From an uncultured Collinsella sp. (GTDB lineage: Bacteria > Actinomycetota > Coriobacteriia > Coriobacteriales > Coriobacteriaceae), in assembly GCA_900545665.1 (NCBI GenBank), contig UQZU01000009.1:1476-65475 (forward strand): DNA of 64,000 nt, written 5' to 3'. Positions 37,582 to 47,508 of the stretch are shown in pieces; positions within the stretch are counted from its first letter, which is position 1, and the number at the start of each line of letters is the position of its first letter. The notes beneath the pieces were generated by a model. It had not been told where the DNA came from, made no database searches, and worked only from the letters and a program-made list of their open reading frames with translations. The translations under genes were made by a program, and so were the position numbers.

Positions 37582-37644
37582 TTGCGGTGGAATAGTTCCC
37601 GCTTGGGCCACCTGGGCCGCAATACAGGAACTATTCCACCGCAA
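37582..37644. repeat. 63-bp palindromic intergenic element, copy A
   Basis: TTGCGGTGGAATAGTTCC ... GGAACTATTCCACCGCAA, an 18-bp perfect stem with a 27-nt loop. Shares its 14-bp termini and its exact length with 48628-48690. Confidence 0.85.
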
Positions 37645-37656
37645 GTTATCTGAGGG

Positions 37657-40600
37657 CTAGAGATTGTAGGTGACTACTTGGGGTTCGGCGGGTTCGACGA
37701 AGATGGCCGGATTCGCCTGCTCCACGCGAACGAACTTGACCGTCACCGTCTCAAAGCCCGCCTTGTGCAACGCATCGGCGTAGACGCGCGCCTGCAGGGC
37801 GTGCTTCTCGAGCAGCTGGTCCGGCGTCTCATCCGGCGTGCCACCCGTCTTGTAGTCGATGACCAGTGCGCGCGACGGATCGGCCGGGTCGGTGGCCAGT
37901 GCATCGATGGCGCCCTCGGCATATGCACCGTAGCGGGCAATGTCCTTGTCCTCGCAGCCCAGCGAGAAGAACGGTACCTCGGCACGAACGCACGGCCAGG
38001 CAAGCAGCTCGGCACGGACCGCCGACTTGAGCCAGCGATCCAGAGCGACATCGAAGCGCTGGCGCTGCTCCGGCGTCAGGCGCCACAGACGCGCCAGCGC
38101 ATCGGCGCGCGCAGCGGGCAACGCATCGGCACCCATCTCGATGAGCCACTGGCAGGCGGCGTGGAACGCCGAGCCCAGCGCCATGGGATTGCCGGCGGGC
38201 TCGACAGCAGCCACGTCCGCATCCGTCATCTCCGAGCCATCCGACTCCGCATCATCGCCAGCCTCGTCCATGGGCACGCGCGTCTCGGCGGCACGGTCCT
38301 CGGCCTCGGCATGCAGCGCCGCGGCAATCGACGAATAGCTGTACGAATCACGCACCGGAAACGGACAGATGCCCATGCGCACGCCCGCCGCCTGGGGATA
38401 TACGAGTTCAAACGAATCGGGCTTGGGGTCGGCAGGACCGGGGACGGCGGCGCGGGCATCTGCACCGGCACCCTCCGCCCCCGCATCGCCACGAACGAGC
38501 CTGCCCTCGGCATCCAGCGAAGCGTTGGCCTCAAACGCCTGCTCGCCAAAGGTAAAGTCCGAAAGCGAAATGAGCTCGTAGTCACCCGGCTGGGAGTTGT
38601 CGAACACCAGGCGGTCGGCATCGAGCTGCGGCATGTCCAGAGCGTCGGTCGGCAAAATACGGCGCAGCACGTCGTGGGTCAGATCGGTCTCGACGTCGAA
38701 GGTCGGCGCACACAGCTTGCCACGGCTCACGCCGGCATCCATCGCCAAGATCACCAGCTCGCGCGCACGCGTCATGGCGACATAGAGCAAGCGGGCCCGC
38801 TCCTCGAGCGAAAGCCGCAGGTCGTCGTTGCGCAGGCGAGCAAATGCCTCGGCGGGAGAACCCGTCGCACAGACGTCCTCCATGAGCTCCGGCGGCAGCC
38901 ACAGCGACGTGCCCTTGCCCTTAAACGCATGCTCAAACTGCTTTTTGACGTCGTCGCCCTTCACAAAGGTTCCGTCGGCGAGCTTAACGCCGTCGAAGCG
39001 TGCCGGCAGTGCCACGACCTGTGCTCCGCCCTCGACGCGACCCATCTGTGCCGCACCCGAGGACTTACGCACGCCAAAGCACTCGGCGACCGCCACGACC
39101 GGATATTCCAGACCCTTGGAGGCGTGCACCGTCATGATGCGCACCGCCCCGTCGCCCTCCTCGTTGAGGGCACCCGGAGCTTCCTTGCCCGCCAAGAAGC
39201 GGTCGAAGGCCAGCGCGATGGAACGCGGCGAGTTGCCGAAATCGGCCTCCGCCTCGGCCACGGCGTCGAGCGCCTTGAGCACGTTGGCGGCAATGGCCTT
39301 GCCCTCGGGACCACGCTGTGCCAGACGCACAAACCAGCCGGAGGCGTTGACCACGTCGCGCGCAATGGCGGCGAACGAATCACGGCCCACGCGACGAAGC
39401 GCATACCGCAGCACCTCGCGGGCGCGCGTCACGAGCGGCAAGTCTTGCAAACCCGGCACGTCGAAATCACTCATGATGCCCGCGTCGATATTCCGGCGCG
39501 AGGTCTCCCCCGTCTCGCTATCGAGCTTGGTCGCCAGCGCCAGGAACTCCTGGGCGCCGAGCGCAAACATCGGCGAGGCGAGCAGCGGCATAAGGCCCTG
39601 CGCCGTATCGGCCGGATTGGCGAGCGCACAAACCAGGGCGCGCACCGTCTGCACCTCGGCTGCTTGGGCAAAGACCGAGCCGCCCGCGATGACGCAGTCG
39701 AGCCCCTGGTCGCGGAAGGCCTGTGCGTAGACGTCGGCGTTGGTCATGCGGCCCAGCAGCAGCACCATGCCGCCCTGGGGCTGGCCGGCATCGGCAAGCG
39801 CGCGGAATCGCTCGGCGATCGCACGGGCCTTGGCCTGCGTGCGCTCCTGCGTACTGCCGCCGGCAACAAAGAGCGCCTGGCGACGCGAGGCGTCTGCCAC
39901 CAGCGTGTCCTTGCGGCCGTCGCTCGCCTCAAGATCCAAAAAGCCCTGCATCAGGCCGCCGTCATCGCCGTCGAAGACGCGTGCCACGTAACGCAGCACC
40001 TCGTCATGGCTGCGGAAATTGCGCACGAGCTTGACGAGCTCGCCGGTGGGGACATCCGGCGTGGCGACCGTCTCGGACGCCACCGTCGATCCCACTTTGC
40101 GCTCCTGGCGACGGAACACCTCGACCTCGGCGCCGCGGAAGCGATAAATCGACTGCTGCGCATCGCCCACGGTGCACAGCGCGCGCTCCCCCGCACCCGT
40201 CAGGTAGCGTATCAGATCGACCTGCATCTGGTCGGTATCCTGAAACTCATCGATCATGACCATCTTAAAGCGGCCCTCGTACGCAGCACGGATGGCAGGG
40301 TAATCGCGCAACGCCTCGTAAGCCATACGCAGCAGGTCGTTATTATCGAGAGCGGACTGGGCAGCCTTCAGCGCGCGATACTCAGCCTCCACGGAACGGG
40401 CCAGGCCCACCAGCGCATCGAGCGCCGGGCCACCGCAGGCAAGCACGATATTGATAAACGCATCGGCGGCCTCGGCCTTGAGCAGCTCGACCTGCTCCTT
40501 AGGGAATGCCTTGCTCGCGCGCGGCATGGTGCACGACATCATGAGTCGCGCTGCATCGGCCATGGTCTTGCCGCTCGCCTCGAACGCGTCAATGGCGTCG

Positions 40601-41289
40601 AGTGCCATCTGCGCCTTCTCGGTCGCGGCCTTGCTTGCGCCCAGCGCCGCGCGATAGGCATCGGCGAGTGCCGAGGTATCGGCCTGGCCGCGCGCCACGC
40701 ACACGTCGTCCATACCGCCCGGCAACTGGCTCGACAGCTCCAGCAGGTCGCGCACCAGGCCCTTGATGGTCGTGCCGGTGCCAAAGGAACCGCCCTCGCC
40801 CGCCATGGGATACCAGGCATAGAGGGCCTTGAGCGATGCCGCGAGCTCGGGGGCGGCATCGGGCGCCGTCGCGCGGGCCAGCACATGCTCAACAGCCTGG
40901 TCCATAAGCTCGTCGGTATCGGTGAGCACCGTGAACTCGGGGTCGATGCCCAGCTCCAGCGCATGCGCGCGCAGGATACGCGAGCACATGCCGTGAATGG
41001 TCGAAATCCACGCGTCGTCGACGGTCAGTGCTTCCTCGTCCATGCCCTCGTCGATAAGCGCACGGCGCACGCGGTCGCGAATCTCGGCCGCGGCATCTTT
41101 GGTAAAGGTAATGGCGAGCACCTGGTCCAGATGCTCAACGAACGGACCGGATTCGGGCGAGAGCGCATAGACGATGCGACGCGTGAGGGTAAAGGTCTTG
41201 CCCGAACCGGCGCCCGCCGAGACAAACAGCGGACGGTCGAGCGTCTTGACGATCTGCAGCTGTTGCGGCATCAAGGTCGAAAGATCCAT
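37657..41289 (-). CDS. addA: ATP-dependent helicase/nuclease subunit A (UvrD-like helicase plus RecB-type nuclease)
   Basis: GAGSGKTFTL, MIDEFQDTD, TVHASKGLEY and a C-terminal VIDYKTG nuclease motif. AAGGAGG RBS lies inside the end of addB. Confidence 0.88.
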   Translation of the reverse strand: MDLSTLMPQQLQIVKTLDRPLFVSAGAGSGKTFTLTRRIVYALSPESGPFVEHLDQVLAITFTKDAAAEIRDRVRRALIDEGMDEEALTVDDAWISTIHGMCSRILRAHALELGIDPEFTVLTDTDELMDQAVEHVLARATAPDAAPELAASLKALYAWYPMAGEGGSFGTGTTIKGLVRDLLELSSQLPGGMDDVCVARGQADTSALADAYRAALGASKAATEKAQMALDAIDAFEASGKTMADAARLMMSCTMPRASKAFPKEQVELLKAEAADAFINIVLACGGPALDALVGLARSVEAEYRALKAAQSALDNNDLLRMAYEALRDYPAIRAAYEGRFKMVMIDEFQDTDQMQVDLIRYLTGAGERALCTVGDAQQSIYRFRGAEVEVFRRQERKVGSTVASETVATPDVPTGELVKLVRNFRSHDEVLRYVARVFDGDDGGLMQGFLDLEASDGRKDTLVADASRRQALFVAGGSTQERTQAKARAIAERFRALADAGQPQGGMVLLLGRMTNADVYAQAFRDQGLDCVIAGGSVFAQAAEVQTVRALVCALANPADTAQGLMPLLASPMFALGAQEFLALATKLDSETGETSRRNIDAGIMSDFDVPGLQDLPLVTRAREVLRYALRRVGRDSFAAIARDVVNASGWFVRLAQRGPEGKAIAANVLKALDAVAEAEADFGNSPRSIALAFDRFLAGKEAPGALNEEGDGAVRIMTVHASKGLEYPVVAVAECFGVRKSSGAAQMGRVEGGAQVVALPARFDGVKLADGTFVKGDDVKKQFEHAFKGKGTSLWLPPELMEDVCATGSPAEAFARLRNDDLRLSLEERARLLYVAMTRARELVILAMDAGVSRGKLCAPTFDVETDLTHDVLRRILPTDALDMPQLDADRLVFDNSQPGDYELISLSDFTFGEQAFEANASLDAEGRLVRGDAGAEGAGADARAAVPGPADPKPDSFELVYPQAAGVRMGICPFPVRDSYSYSSIAAALHAEAEDRAAETRVPMDEAGDDAESDGSEMTDADVAAVEPAGNPMALGSAFHAACQWLIEMGADALPAARADALARLWRLTPEQRQRFDVALDRWLKSAVRAELLAWPCVRAEVPFFSLGCEDKDIARYGAYAEGAIDALATDPADPSRALVIDYKTGGTPDETPDQLLEKHALQARVYADALHKAGFETVTVKFVRVEQANPAIFVEPAEPQVVTYNL

Positions 41290-41292
41290 GGT

Positions 41293-44200
41293 CTACACGC
41301 CCCTCCTTACAAACGTACCTTCGTGGTTATACGAGCAGCGGCCATGCGCGGCCTTTGTCGACGCCGGGTCGACAGCAGCGACGTTGCCCGCCTCGAGTTC
41401 GCGCAAGCGCTCGGCGATGCCGGCCTCCACGCGATCGAGCAGTGCATCGAAGTCCATGTTGCCGCCCTCACCGGGAAAGCCCTTCTTAAGCCCCGGGATG
41501 CGGCCGTCACCACGCTCCTCCTCGAGCAGCTCGGCACTCGCGGCGCCTCGCAGCGCCGGTTTGCCACCCTTGGTCGAAAAATAGAGCGCCGCGCGGGTAT
41601 CCAGATCCAGCGCCCGGCGCATGGCCTGCGCGTAGATGAGCGTTTGGGTATGCGTCGGCAGCCAGCGCGGATCGTCGATGGGAGCCTCGCCCGACTCCTC
41701 GTCGCGCACCGTGGGGTCGGCGAGCTTAAACTCCTCGACGCCCGAACGATGCTTGTAGTCGATTACCACGGCGCGATTCTCGGCATCCACATCCACGCGG
41801 TCGATACGCCCGCCGAGCGGCCAACCGGCATACTCGACTTTAAGATCGTTAAAGGCAAACTCCAGGTAGCGTGGAGCAAAAGGAGTCAGCGCCTCGGCTT
41901 CATAGGCAAGCACACCCTCCAGCTGCGGCAGAATCTCGGCCACCTGGCGCTCCTCTACCGGAGAGAGCGGCACGAGCGGACCCTCGTTGCCACGCTTGGA
42001 GGCATGCTCGGCCAATGTCTCGTCAAAGACCTCGCGCAGCAGCTCCTGAGCGCGCGGCAGGTTCTCGGGCGTCACGCGCTCCATGCCTTCCTGGGGCAGA
42101 CGGGCGTGCAGATGCTCCAGCACGTCGTGGACAAAGTTGCCCTTCTCCATATTGCCAAAGCCGGCGTCGATCGACTGGGGCTTCACGCGGTACGAGACGA
42201 ACCAGCATAGCGGGCAGGTCGAATAGGCCTCGATCTGCGAGGCAGACGTCAGGCGCGGCACCAGCGGCGCATCCTCGCCCTCGCCATCGCGACGGCGCAG
42301 GACCAGATACGGAATGGCTTCATCGCTCAGATGCTGAGGAGCTTCGCAGGTCACGCGCTCGCGCCTAAGACCTTCGCCTGCCGCGGGATCAAAGTCGGCG
42401 ATGATATCGCCCTCGCCCACGCGCGTGGGCTTGGCAGCGCCAGCGGCCTCGGCATGTGCCCGCAGCTCTGTCCATACGGCTGCCGGGTAGCATTCGCGTG
42501 CCTGCCGATCGTGCGTCACGCGGGCGAGCGCGACCGGACCGCTCGCCGCCTGCATCGCACGGCCAAAGCGCACGCGCAGCAGGGCGGCGGGCTCCAAAGA
42601 CACGCCGTCGCGGCGCAGCTCGGCCGTCAACGTGGCAAGCGGGCCCTCTTCGTGCGAAAGCGGATAGCTGTCCAGGTCGACATCGGCAAACAGCACGGCA
42701 TCGTAGCCGCCAGGACGCAGAACCGACGCATCGGCAAGCGACACGAAGCGCACTTGCGCCCGTGGCGTGCGATCGACCTCGTAGGTCTCGTAATCGTAAG
42801 CGGCGCTGCGCTTATCCACCTTGGTGCGAACGCCGTCGAGCACGGGCACGGTCGCTGTCTGCGACACATCGAGCACGCGGGCTTCGTTCATAAGAATGTC
42901 GATGGCGTGGCGCAGTAGGGCCGTTTCAGCCTGGCGACGGGCCTGACCGTCGAGACCGCCAAACGCGCGATCGGGCAGCGCCTCGGCGGCGGCAAGCATG
43001 GCCTTGAGCGCCGTCACGGGCTTGTCGCGCCACAGCGCCTGGAACACGTCCGAGACCACGCACGGCACGTTCTTAAACCAGTTCTCGTCACTCGCCGCTT
43101 TACGCGCGCCCCTGATCTGGCCCTGCACGCTCTGTAGCAAGCTCTTGACGCCCGCGGTAGTCTTGCTGCGCGAGAGACGCATATTCTTGTCGAACGTGCG
43201 CGCGCTGGCGGCGTCGGCACCCGAAAGCGGGCTGTAAATCCAGTCGGTAAGCTCCAGAGCGGGCCACCACTCAGTCTTAGAAGCTGCCCCTTCGTCGGCG
43301 GCCTTCATACGCTCGATCAGGTTGGCGAGCGCCGTGAACTGCCTGCCCACAATGGATTGAGAAAACGCCGTGAACTCGGTCGTCTCGGCAGCAACGTGGC
43401 GCGCCGCCAAACGAGCGGCGAGCTCACCGAACAGCTGGGGTGCCCGGGCAGAAACAACGAGCACGCGCACGGGATCGGCGGGCGCGGAGGCGGCATCGTT
43501 GACATTGGACTCCTTGTGCGCTTTCACCATCTTATCGATGACGTCCGCATAGACACGGGCACGAGCATGGGGGCCGGCGACTTCCACAAAGGCAGGACGT
43601 ACGACGGACTTTGGAGCAGTCGCGGGAGCGCCAGCATCCTCGTCCAGCGGTGCAACCTCAAACAGCACACCGCGGGCATCAAGGGCCGTGGCCAGCTCCT
43701 CACGCATCGCCGCTTGCTCGCGGGCGAGCAGCACGACAACCTCTCCCCCGTTGTTTGCCACGGCGGACAGCAGCTCGAGCAGGCTATACGTAAATGACGT
43801 GACGCCGCGCACGCAAACGGCGCGGGTGCACGCCGGCAGGCTGTCGGTCAAAGCGCCGGCCATAATGTCAGCTGCCTCGCAGGGCTCGACCATGTCTCGA
43901 CGGTCCAAGCCGCTCGCGTAGGCGCGCAAAAGCTCGAACACGCGAGCCTCAGCATCGCTTTTTGGCTCAGGCTGGCAATTGTTGCCACCGCATCGCTCGG
44001 CACCCGTCCCTGCCACACCCGGAAGCACATCGCGAGCCATGCGCGCGAGCATGCGCACCGTGCCCTGGCCACACGAAAGCGGCTGAAGATCGGCATCATC
44101 GCGGCGGGCAATCATATCCGAAAACAGCATCTGGCGCTGCAGGTTGTCGACGAAATCGCGCCCGTCGCCCAAAAGCTCCCAAAGCGAGCGAAGCCACGAC

Positions 44201-44391
44201 GAAGGCGTCTTGTAGTCGATACCCAGTGAAACCCCGGCTTCCGCCGCATCATGACGGCACAGGTCGAGCTCGGCAAACGTTGGTGCCAGCAACACGGCAC
44301 GCCCGTGACGGGCAATAAGGTCGGCAAGCAGCGCCGACTCGGCATCGCTCAAATCCGTGCCGGTATTGGTGGTATAGATTCGAACAGGCAT
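41293..44391 (-). CDS. addB: ATP-dependent helicase/nuclease subunit B-like (PD-(D/E)XK nuclease, no Walker A)
   Basis: Large protein directly upstream of addA (3-nt gap). C-terminal GRIDRVD...VIDYKH nuclease motif. No GxGKT motif at the N-terminus. Confidence 0.75.
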   Translation of the reverse strand: MPVRIYTTNTGTDLSDAESALLADLIARHGRAVLLAPTFAELDLCRHDAAEAGVSLGIDYKTPSSWLRSLWELLGDGRDFVDNLQRQMLFSDMIARRDDADLQPLSCGQGTVRMLARMARDVLPGVAGTGAERCGGNNCQPEPKSDAEARVFELLRAYASGLDRRDMVEPCEAADIMAGALTDSLPACTRAVCVRGVTSFTYSLLELLSAVANNGGEVVVLLAREQAAMREELATALDARGVLFEVAPLDEDAGAPATAPKSVVRPAFVEVAGPHARARVYADVIDKMVKAHKESNVNDAASAPADPVRVLVVSARAPQLFGELAARLAARHVAAETTEFTAFSQSIVGRQFTALANLIERMKAADEGAASKTEWWPALELTDWIYSPLSGADAASARTFDKNMRLSRSKTTAGVKSLLQSVQGQIRGARKAASDENWFKNVPCVVSDVFQALWRDKPVTALKAMLAAAEALPDRAFGGLDGQARRQAETALLRHAIDILMNEARVLDVSQTATVPVLDGVRTKVDKRSAAYDYETYEVDRTPRAQVRFVSLADASVLRPGGYDAVLFADVDLDSYPLSHEEGPLATLTAELRRDGVSLEPAALLRVRFGRAMQAASGPVALARVTHDRQARECYPAAVWTELRAHAEAAGAAKPTRVGEGDIIADFDPAAGEGLRRERVTCEAPQHLSDEAIPYLVLRRRDGEGEDAPLVPRLTSASQIEAYSTCPLCWFVSYRVKPQSIDAGFGNMEKGNFVHDVLEHLHARLPQEGMERVTPENLPRAQELLREVFDETLAEHASKRGNEGPLVPLSPVEERQVAEILPQLEGVLAYEAEALTPFAPRYLEFAFNDLKVEYAGWPLGGRIDRVDVDAENRAVVIDYKHRSGVEEFKLADPTVRDEESGEAPIDDPRWLPTHTQTLIYAQAMRRALDLDTRAALYFSTKGGKPALRGAASAELLEEERGDGRIPGLKKGFPGEGGNMDFDALLDRVEAGIAERLRELEAGNVAAVDPASTKAAHGRCSYNHEGTFVRRGV

Positions 44392-44522
44392 GGTCCTCCG
44401 CTCAAACCGTTCGCAATAATCAATGCATCCATCCTACCCGCCCAAGCGGACACATTGCCACCGCAGTTCCATCTTTTGGTACAAAGCAACCTGAACCCAA
44501 CGCACCAGCCGATTGCAGGCAT

Positions 44523-44549
44523 ATAAAAACCGCCCCCGGAGGGACGGTT
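44523..44549 (-). terminator. Intrinsic terminator after the yerC-like gene
   Basis: The minus strand reads AACCGTCCC-tccg-GGGGCGGTT followed by TTTTAT. Confidence 0.75.
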
Positions 44550-44575
44550 CTTCGTAATTCAATGTTGTCGCTGGC

Positions 44576-44875
44576 CTACTCGCCATCCTCCAACTTAATG
44601 AGGATCTTGCGGTAGCCACCGTACTCGCCGTTCAGCGCCTTTGAAACGCGGCTCACCGTGGTGGACGAAGCGCCGGTACGGGCCTGAACCTCAACATAAG
44701 GCTCGCCCTCGTCCAAATAGCGCGCAACCTGCAAACGCTGAGAAAGGTCGCAAATCTCGCGCGGCGTACAGATATCGGTCAAAAACGCTTGGATATCCTT
44801 CTCGTCATCCAAAAGACTAAATGCGTGGACCAGCTGCTTGACATCAGGCTTGTCAAACATGTTCTCGATATTCAT
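44576..44875 (-). CDS. YerC/YecD family TrpR-related protein
   Basis: FLTDICTPREICDLSQRLQVARYL..G.PY..VQARTGASSTTVSRVSKAL. Confidence 0.85.
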   Translation of the reverse strand: MNIENMFDKPDVKQLVHAFSLLDDEKDIQAFLTDICTPREICDLSQRLQVARYLDEGEPYVEVQARTGASSTTVSRVSKALNGEYGGYRKILIKLEDGE

Positions 44876-45199
44876 CGATCACCGCCAAACCCGCCAAAAG
44901 GCATCGAAGTTGATACTGACATCGGGCATCGTTCGCCCGTTCTATGCAATAGGGCAACGCCTGTGGCTTTTGCCCGTAGCAGTGTAGCACACCACCAAAC
45001 TAAAGCGACTAGACTCTCTGCCAGCGGCGCGTTTTTCAGGACGAACGCCGTTTAGAAACCGTATGCGCACGTAAGCTCCACGAATATTTGAGACAATGGG
45101 CGCCCAAACACCGCGGCGCGCCCGCGCAACCATCCAGGTCGCCGCCGCAAGCCGCTTCACGCGACGCCAGCAACCCCGGCGCAAGAAAGGATTCACGCC

Positions 45200-45565
45200 A
45201 TGCGCTTTATGCTTAACTGGCTCTTCACCTCGATCGCCATCGCGATCGCCACGTTCCTCGTCCCCGGTATCCAACCCTTCGGCTTTGCCGAGACCTGGGT
45301 CTGCTTTGCCTTTGTGGGACTGTTCCTGAACATTGTCGATTCGCTCGTCAAGCCGTTCCTGACCGTCATCTCACTGCCGCTCACTATTATTACGCTTGGT
45401 GTTTTTCAGCTCGTAGTCAACAGCTTTATGCTCGAGCTGGCCAGCTACCTGTCGGTCAATCTGCTGGGCGCGGGCATCTCCATCGCCAGCTTTGGATCGG
45501 CCTTTATGGGCAGTATCCTGGTATCCATCACGCGCAGCATCCTCGACAGCATCGCCGAGGACTAA
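45200..45565 (+). CDS. Phage-holin-4/YvlD (DUF360)-like small membrane protein
   Basis: Four hydrophobic segments. KPFLTVISLPLTIITLGVFQLVVNSFML is typical of the family. AAAGGA RBS. Confidence 0.75.
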   Translation: MRFMLNWLFTSIAIAIATFLVPGIQPFGFAETWVCFAFVGLFLNIVDSLVKPFLTVISLPLTIITLGVFQLVVNSFMLELASYLSVNLLGAGISIASFGSAFMGSILVSITRSILDSIAED

Positions 45566-45672
45566 AACGGCCATTCCGGCCGTGCCCGTCTCAACAGCCC
45601 AAAACGAAGGCCGCCCATCGCAAAAATGGGCGGCCTTCTTATTTGTCAAGTCTCAAAGGGCGAGAGAATCTA

Positions 45673-45697
45673 CCATTTCTACCCCGTCCCCAAATGG
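45673..45697. repeat. Short hairpin with a CCCCGTCCCC loop (degenerate member of the AGCCCCGTCCCAAA family)
   Basis: CCATTT-ctaccccgtcccc-AAATGG, located between convergent genes. Confidence 0.5.
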
Positions 45698-45707
45698 CAG
45701 GTGTGGG

Positions 45708-46136
45708 TTAGATGACGTAGTCGTAGCCATGGTTGGGAGCGACAAGTTGATCAAGCGTCACACCGTCGAGGTAGTCGTTGATGAGCTTGTCCAGGTTCTT
45801 CCACACGTCGAGCGTGGGGCACTCATCCGAACGCGAGCAGCCCTTGCAGTCGCCATCCAGACAGGCGACCGGCGCCAGACTGCCCTCGGTCAGGCGCAAG
45901 ATCTCGCCCACCGTGTACTGCTCGGGCGGGCGCGTGAGCACATAGCCGCCGCCCTTGCCACGCATACCCGAAAGCATGTTGGCGCGCACGAGCGTAGCCA
46001 AAATGTTCTCGAGATATTTCTCGGAAATCCCCTGTCGCGCCGCGATCTCTTTGAGCGGGATGCGACCGGCTGCCTGGTGCTCGGCCAGATCGACCATAAC
46101 GCGCAGGGCATATCTGCCCTTAGTAGAAACCAACAT
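45708..46136 (-). CDS. Rrf2 family transcriptional regulator (CymR/IscR-like)
   Basis: MLVSTKGRYALRVMVDLA...GGGYVLTRPPEQYTVGEILR plus a C-terminal Cys cluster CLDGDCKGCSRSDEC. Divergent from cysK. Confidence 0.9.
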   Translation of the reverse strand: MLVSTKGRYALRVMVDLAEHQAAGRIPLKEIAARQGISEKYLENILATLVRANMLSGMRGKGGGYVLTRPPEQYTVGEILRLTEGSLAPVACLDGDCKGCSRSDECPTLDVWKNLDKLINDYLDGVTLDQLVAPNHGYDYVI

Positions 46137-46389
46137 GTATAGTGCTGCCTTTCGGTTATTTAGTCCGTAGAAATTCTAGCCGAAATATTGGTTTTGAAAA
46201 TACCCGTTCCGGTCAAGATGGTTAATCGACTCGTAATAATCTTCTATTTCCTATTGCGTTACTAGGCTTTACTGTCTACTATGCTTGCCAACAGCAAAAC
46301 GAACAACCCATAAGGTTTGTGGGTTTCGCTGCTACACACACCGTAAAACCACACGGTATCCAGTCATTTGAACACTTTGGAGGTTCACC

Positions 46390-47328
46390 ATGAGCAATGT
46401 TTACACGTCCATCGATCAGCTTATCGGCCACACTCCGCTTCTGGAGCTCACTCACTTTGAGGCCGATGAGGACCTCAAGGCCCGCGTGCTCGTCAAGCTG
46501 GAATACTTCAACCCCGCCGGCTCCGTCAAAGACCGCGTCGCCAAGAACATGATCGACGAGGCCGAGAAGTCCGGCAAGCTCGTGCGCGGCGGCGACTACA
46601 CCATCATCGAGCCCACGAGTGGCAACACCGGCGTCGGCATCGCCTCGGTGGCGGCGGCTCGCGGCTACAAGGTGATCATCACCATGCCCGAGACTATGTC
46701 CGTCGAACGCCGCAAGCTTATGCAGGCATATGGCGCACAGCTCGTGCTCACCGACGGTTCCAAGGGCATGAAGGGCGCCATCGCCAAGGCCGAGGAACTG
46801 CAGAAGGAGACGCCAAACAGCATCATCGCCGGCCAGTTTGTGAACCCCGCCAACCCCGCCATCCACAAGGCCACGACCGGCCCCGAGATCTGGGATGACA
46901 CCGACGGCGAGGTCGACATCTTCGTCGCCGGCGTTGGAACCGGCGGCACCGTGACCGGCGTGGGTGAGTTCCTTAAGGAGCAGAACCCCGAAATCAAGGT
47001 CGTCGCCGTCGAGCCCGCCACTTCCCCGGTGCTCTCCAAGGGCCAAGCCGGCCCGCACAAGATCCAGGGTATCGGCGCCGGTTTTGTGCCCGACGTCCTC
47101 GACACCCAGGTCTATGACGAGATCATCCCCGTCGAGAACGACGACGCCTTTGCGACCGGCCGCGCCGTGGGCCACAAGGAGGGCGTGCTCGTGGGCATTT
47201 CGTCCGGCGCCGCCGTGTGGGCCGCGCTGCAGCTGGCCAAGCGCCCCGAGAACGAGGGCAAGACCATCGTGGCCCTGCTTGCCGACACCGGCGAGCGCTA
47301 CCTGTCCACGGCGCTCTTCCAGGACTAG
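46390..47328 (+). CDS. cysK: Cysteine synthase A (O-acetylserine sulfhydrylase)
   Basis: [28 protein letters not shown] and GISSGAA. GGAGG RBS. Confidence 0.95.
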   Translation: MSNVYTSIDQLIGHTPLLELTHFEADEDLKARVLVKLEYFNPAGSVKDRVAKNMIDEAEKSGKLVRGGDYTIIEPTSGNTGVGIASVAAARGYKVIITMPETMSVERRKLMQAYGAQLVLTDGSKGMKGAIAKAEELQKETPNSIIAGQFVNPANPAIHKATTGPEIWDDTDGEVDIFVAGVGTGGTVTGVGEFLKEQNPEIKVVAVEPATSPVLSKGQAGPHKIQGIGAGFVPDVLDTQVYDEIIPVENDDAFATGRAVGHKEGVLVGISSGAAVWAALQLAKRPENEGKTIVALLADTGERYLSTALFQD

Positions 47329-47440
47329 GGCCTGTCGCCCATAGGTTGAGCCCACGGACGAGCCGGTCTCCTCTCTCCCGGCAGTCTGAGCCCATCCAAT
47401 CAGGGTGTCCCACGAGACGCCCGAACTTGCTACAATGTCT

Positions 47441-47479
47441 GCGGCGCGGAACCAGCCTCCCGCGCCGCTTTTCTTTTTT
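47441..47479 (+). terminator. Intrinsic terminator of cysK
   Basis: GCGGCGCGG-aaccagcctc-CCGCGCCGC followed by TTTTCTTTTTT. Confidence 0.9.
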
Positions 47480-47508
47480 GGCCACATGCCACCAAGGAGA
47501 ACCTCCCC

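Noticed and set aside
37678-42210. 1510-aa plus-strand ORF spanning addA and addB
   Set aside because: It is antisense to two genes with clear helicase and nuclease motifs. Its translation is R/A/G/H/L-rich low complexity with no recognisable domain and no RBS. This is a typical GC-driven shadow ORF.
41293-44391. Apparent lack of the AddB-type 4-Cys iron-sulfur cluster pattern (only CPLC upstream and one Cys near the C-terminus)
   Set aside because: I cannot align the cysteines reliably by eye, and Cys spacing varies among AddB/AdnA-like proteins. The evidence is not solid enough to report as a finding.
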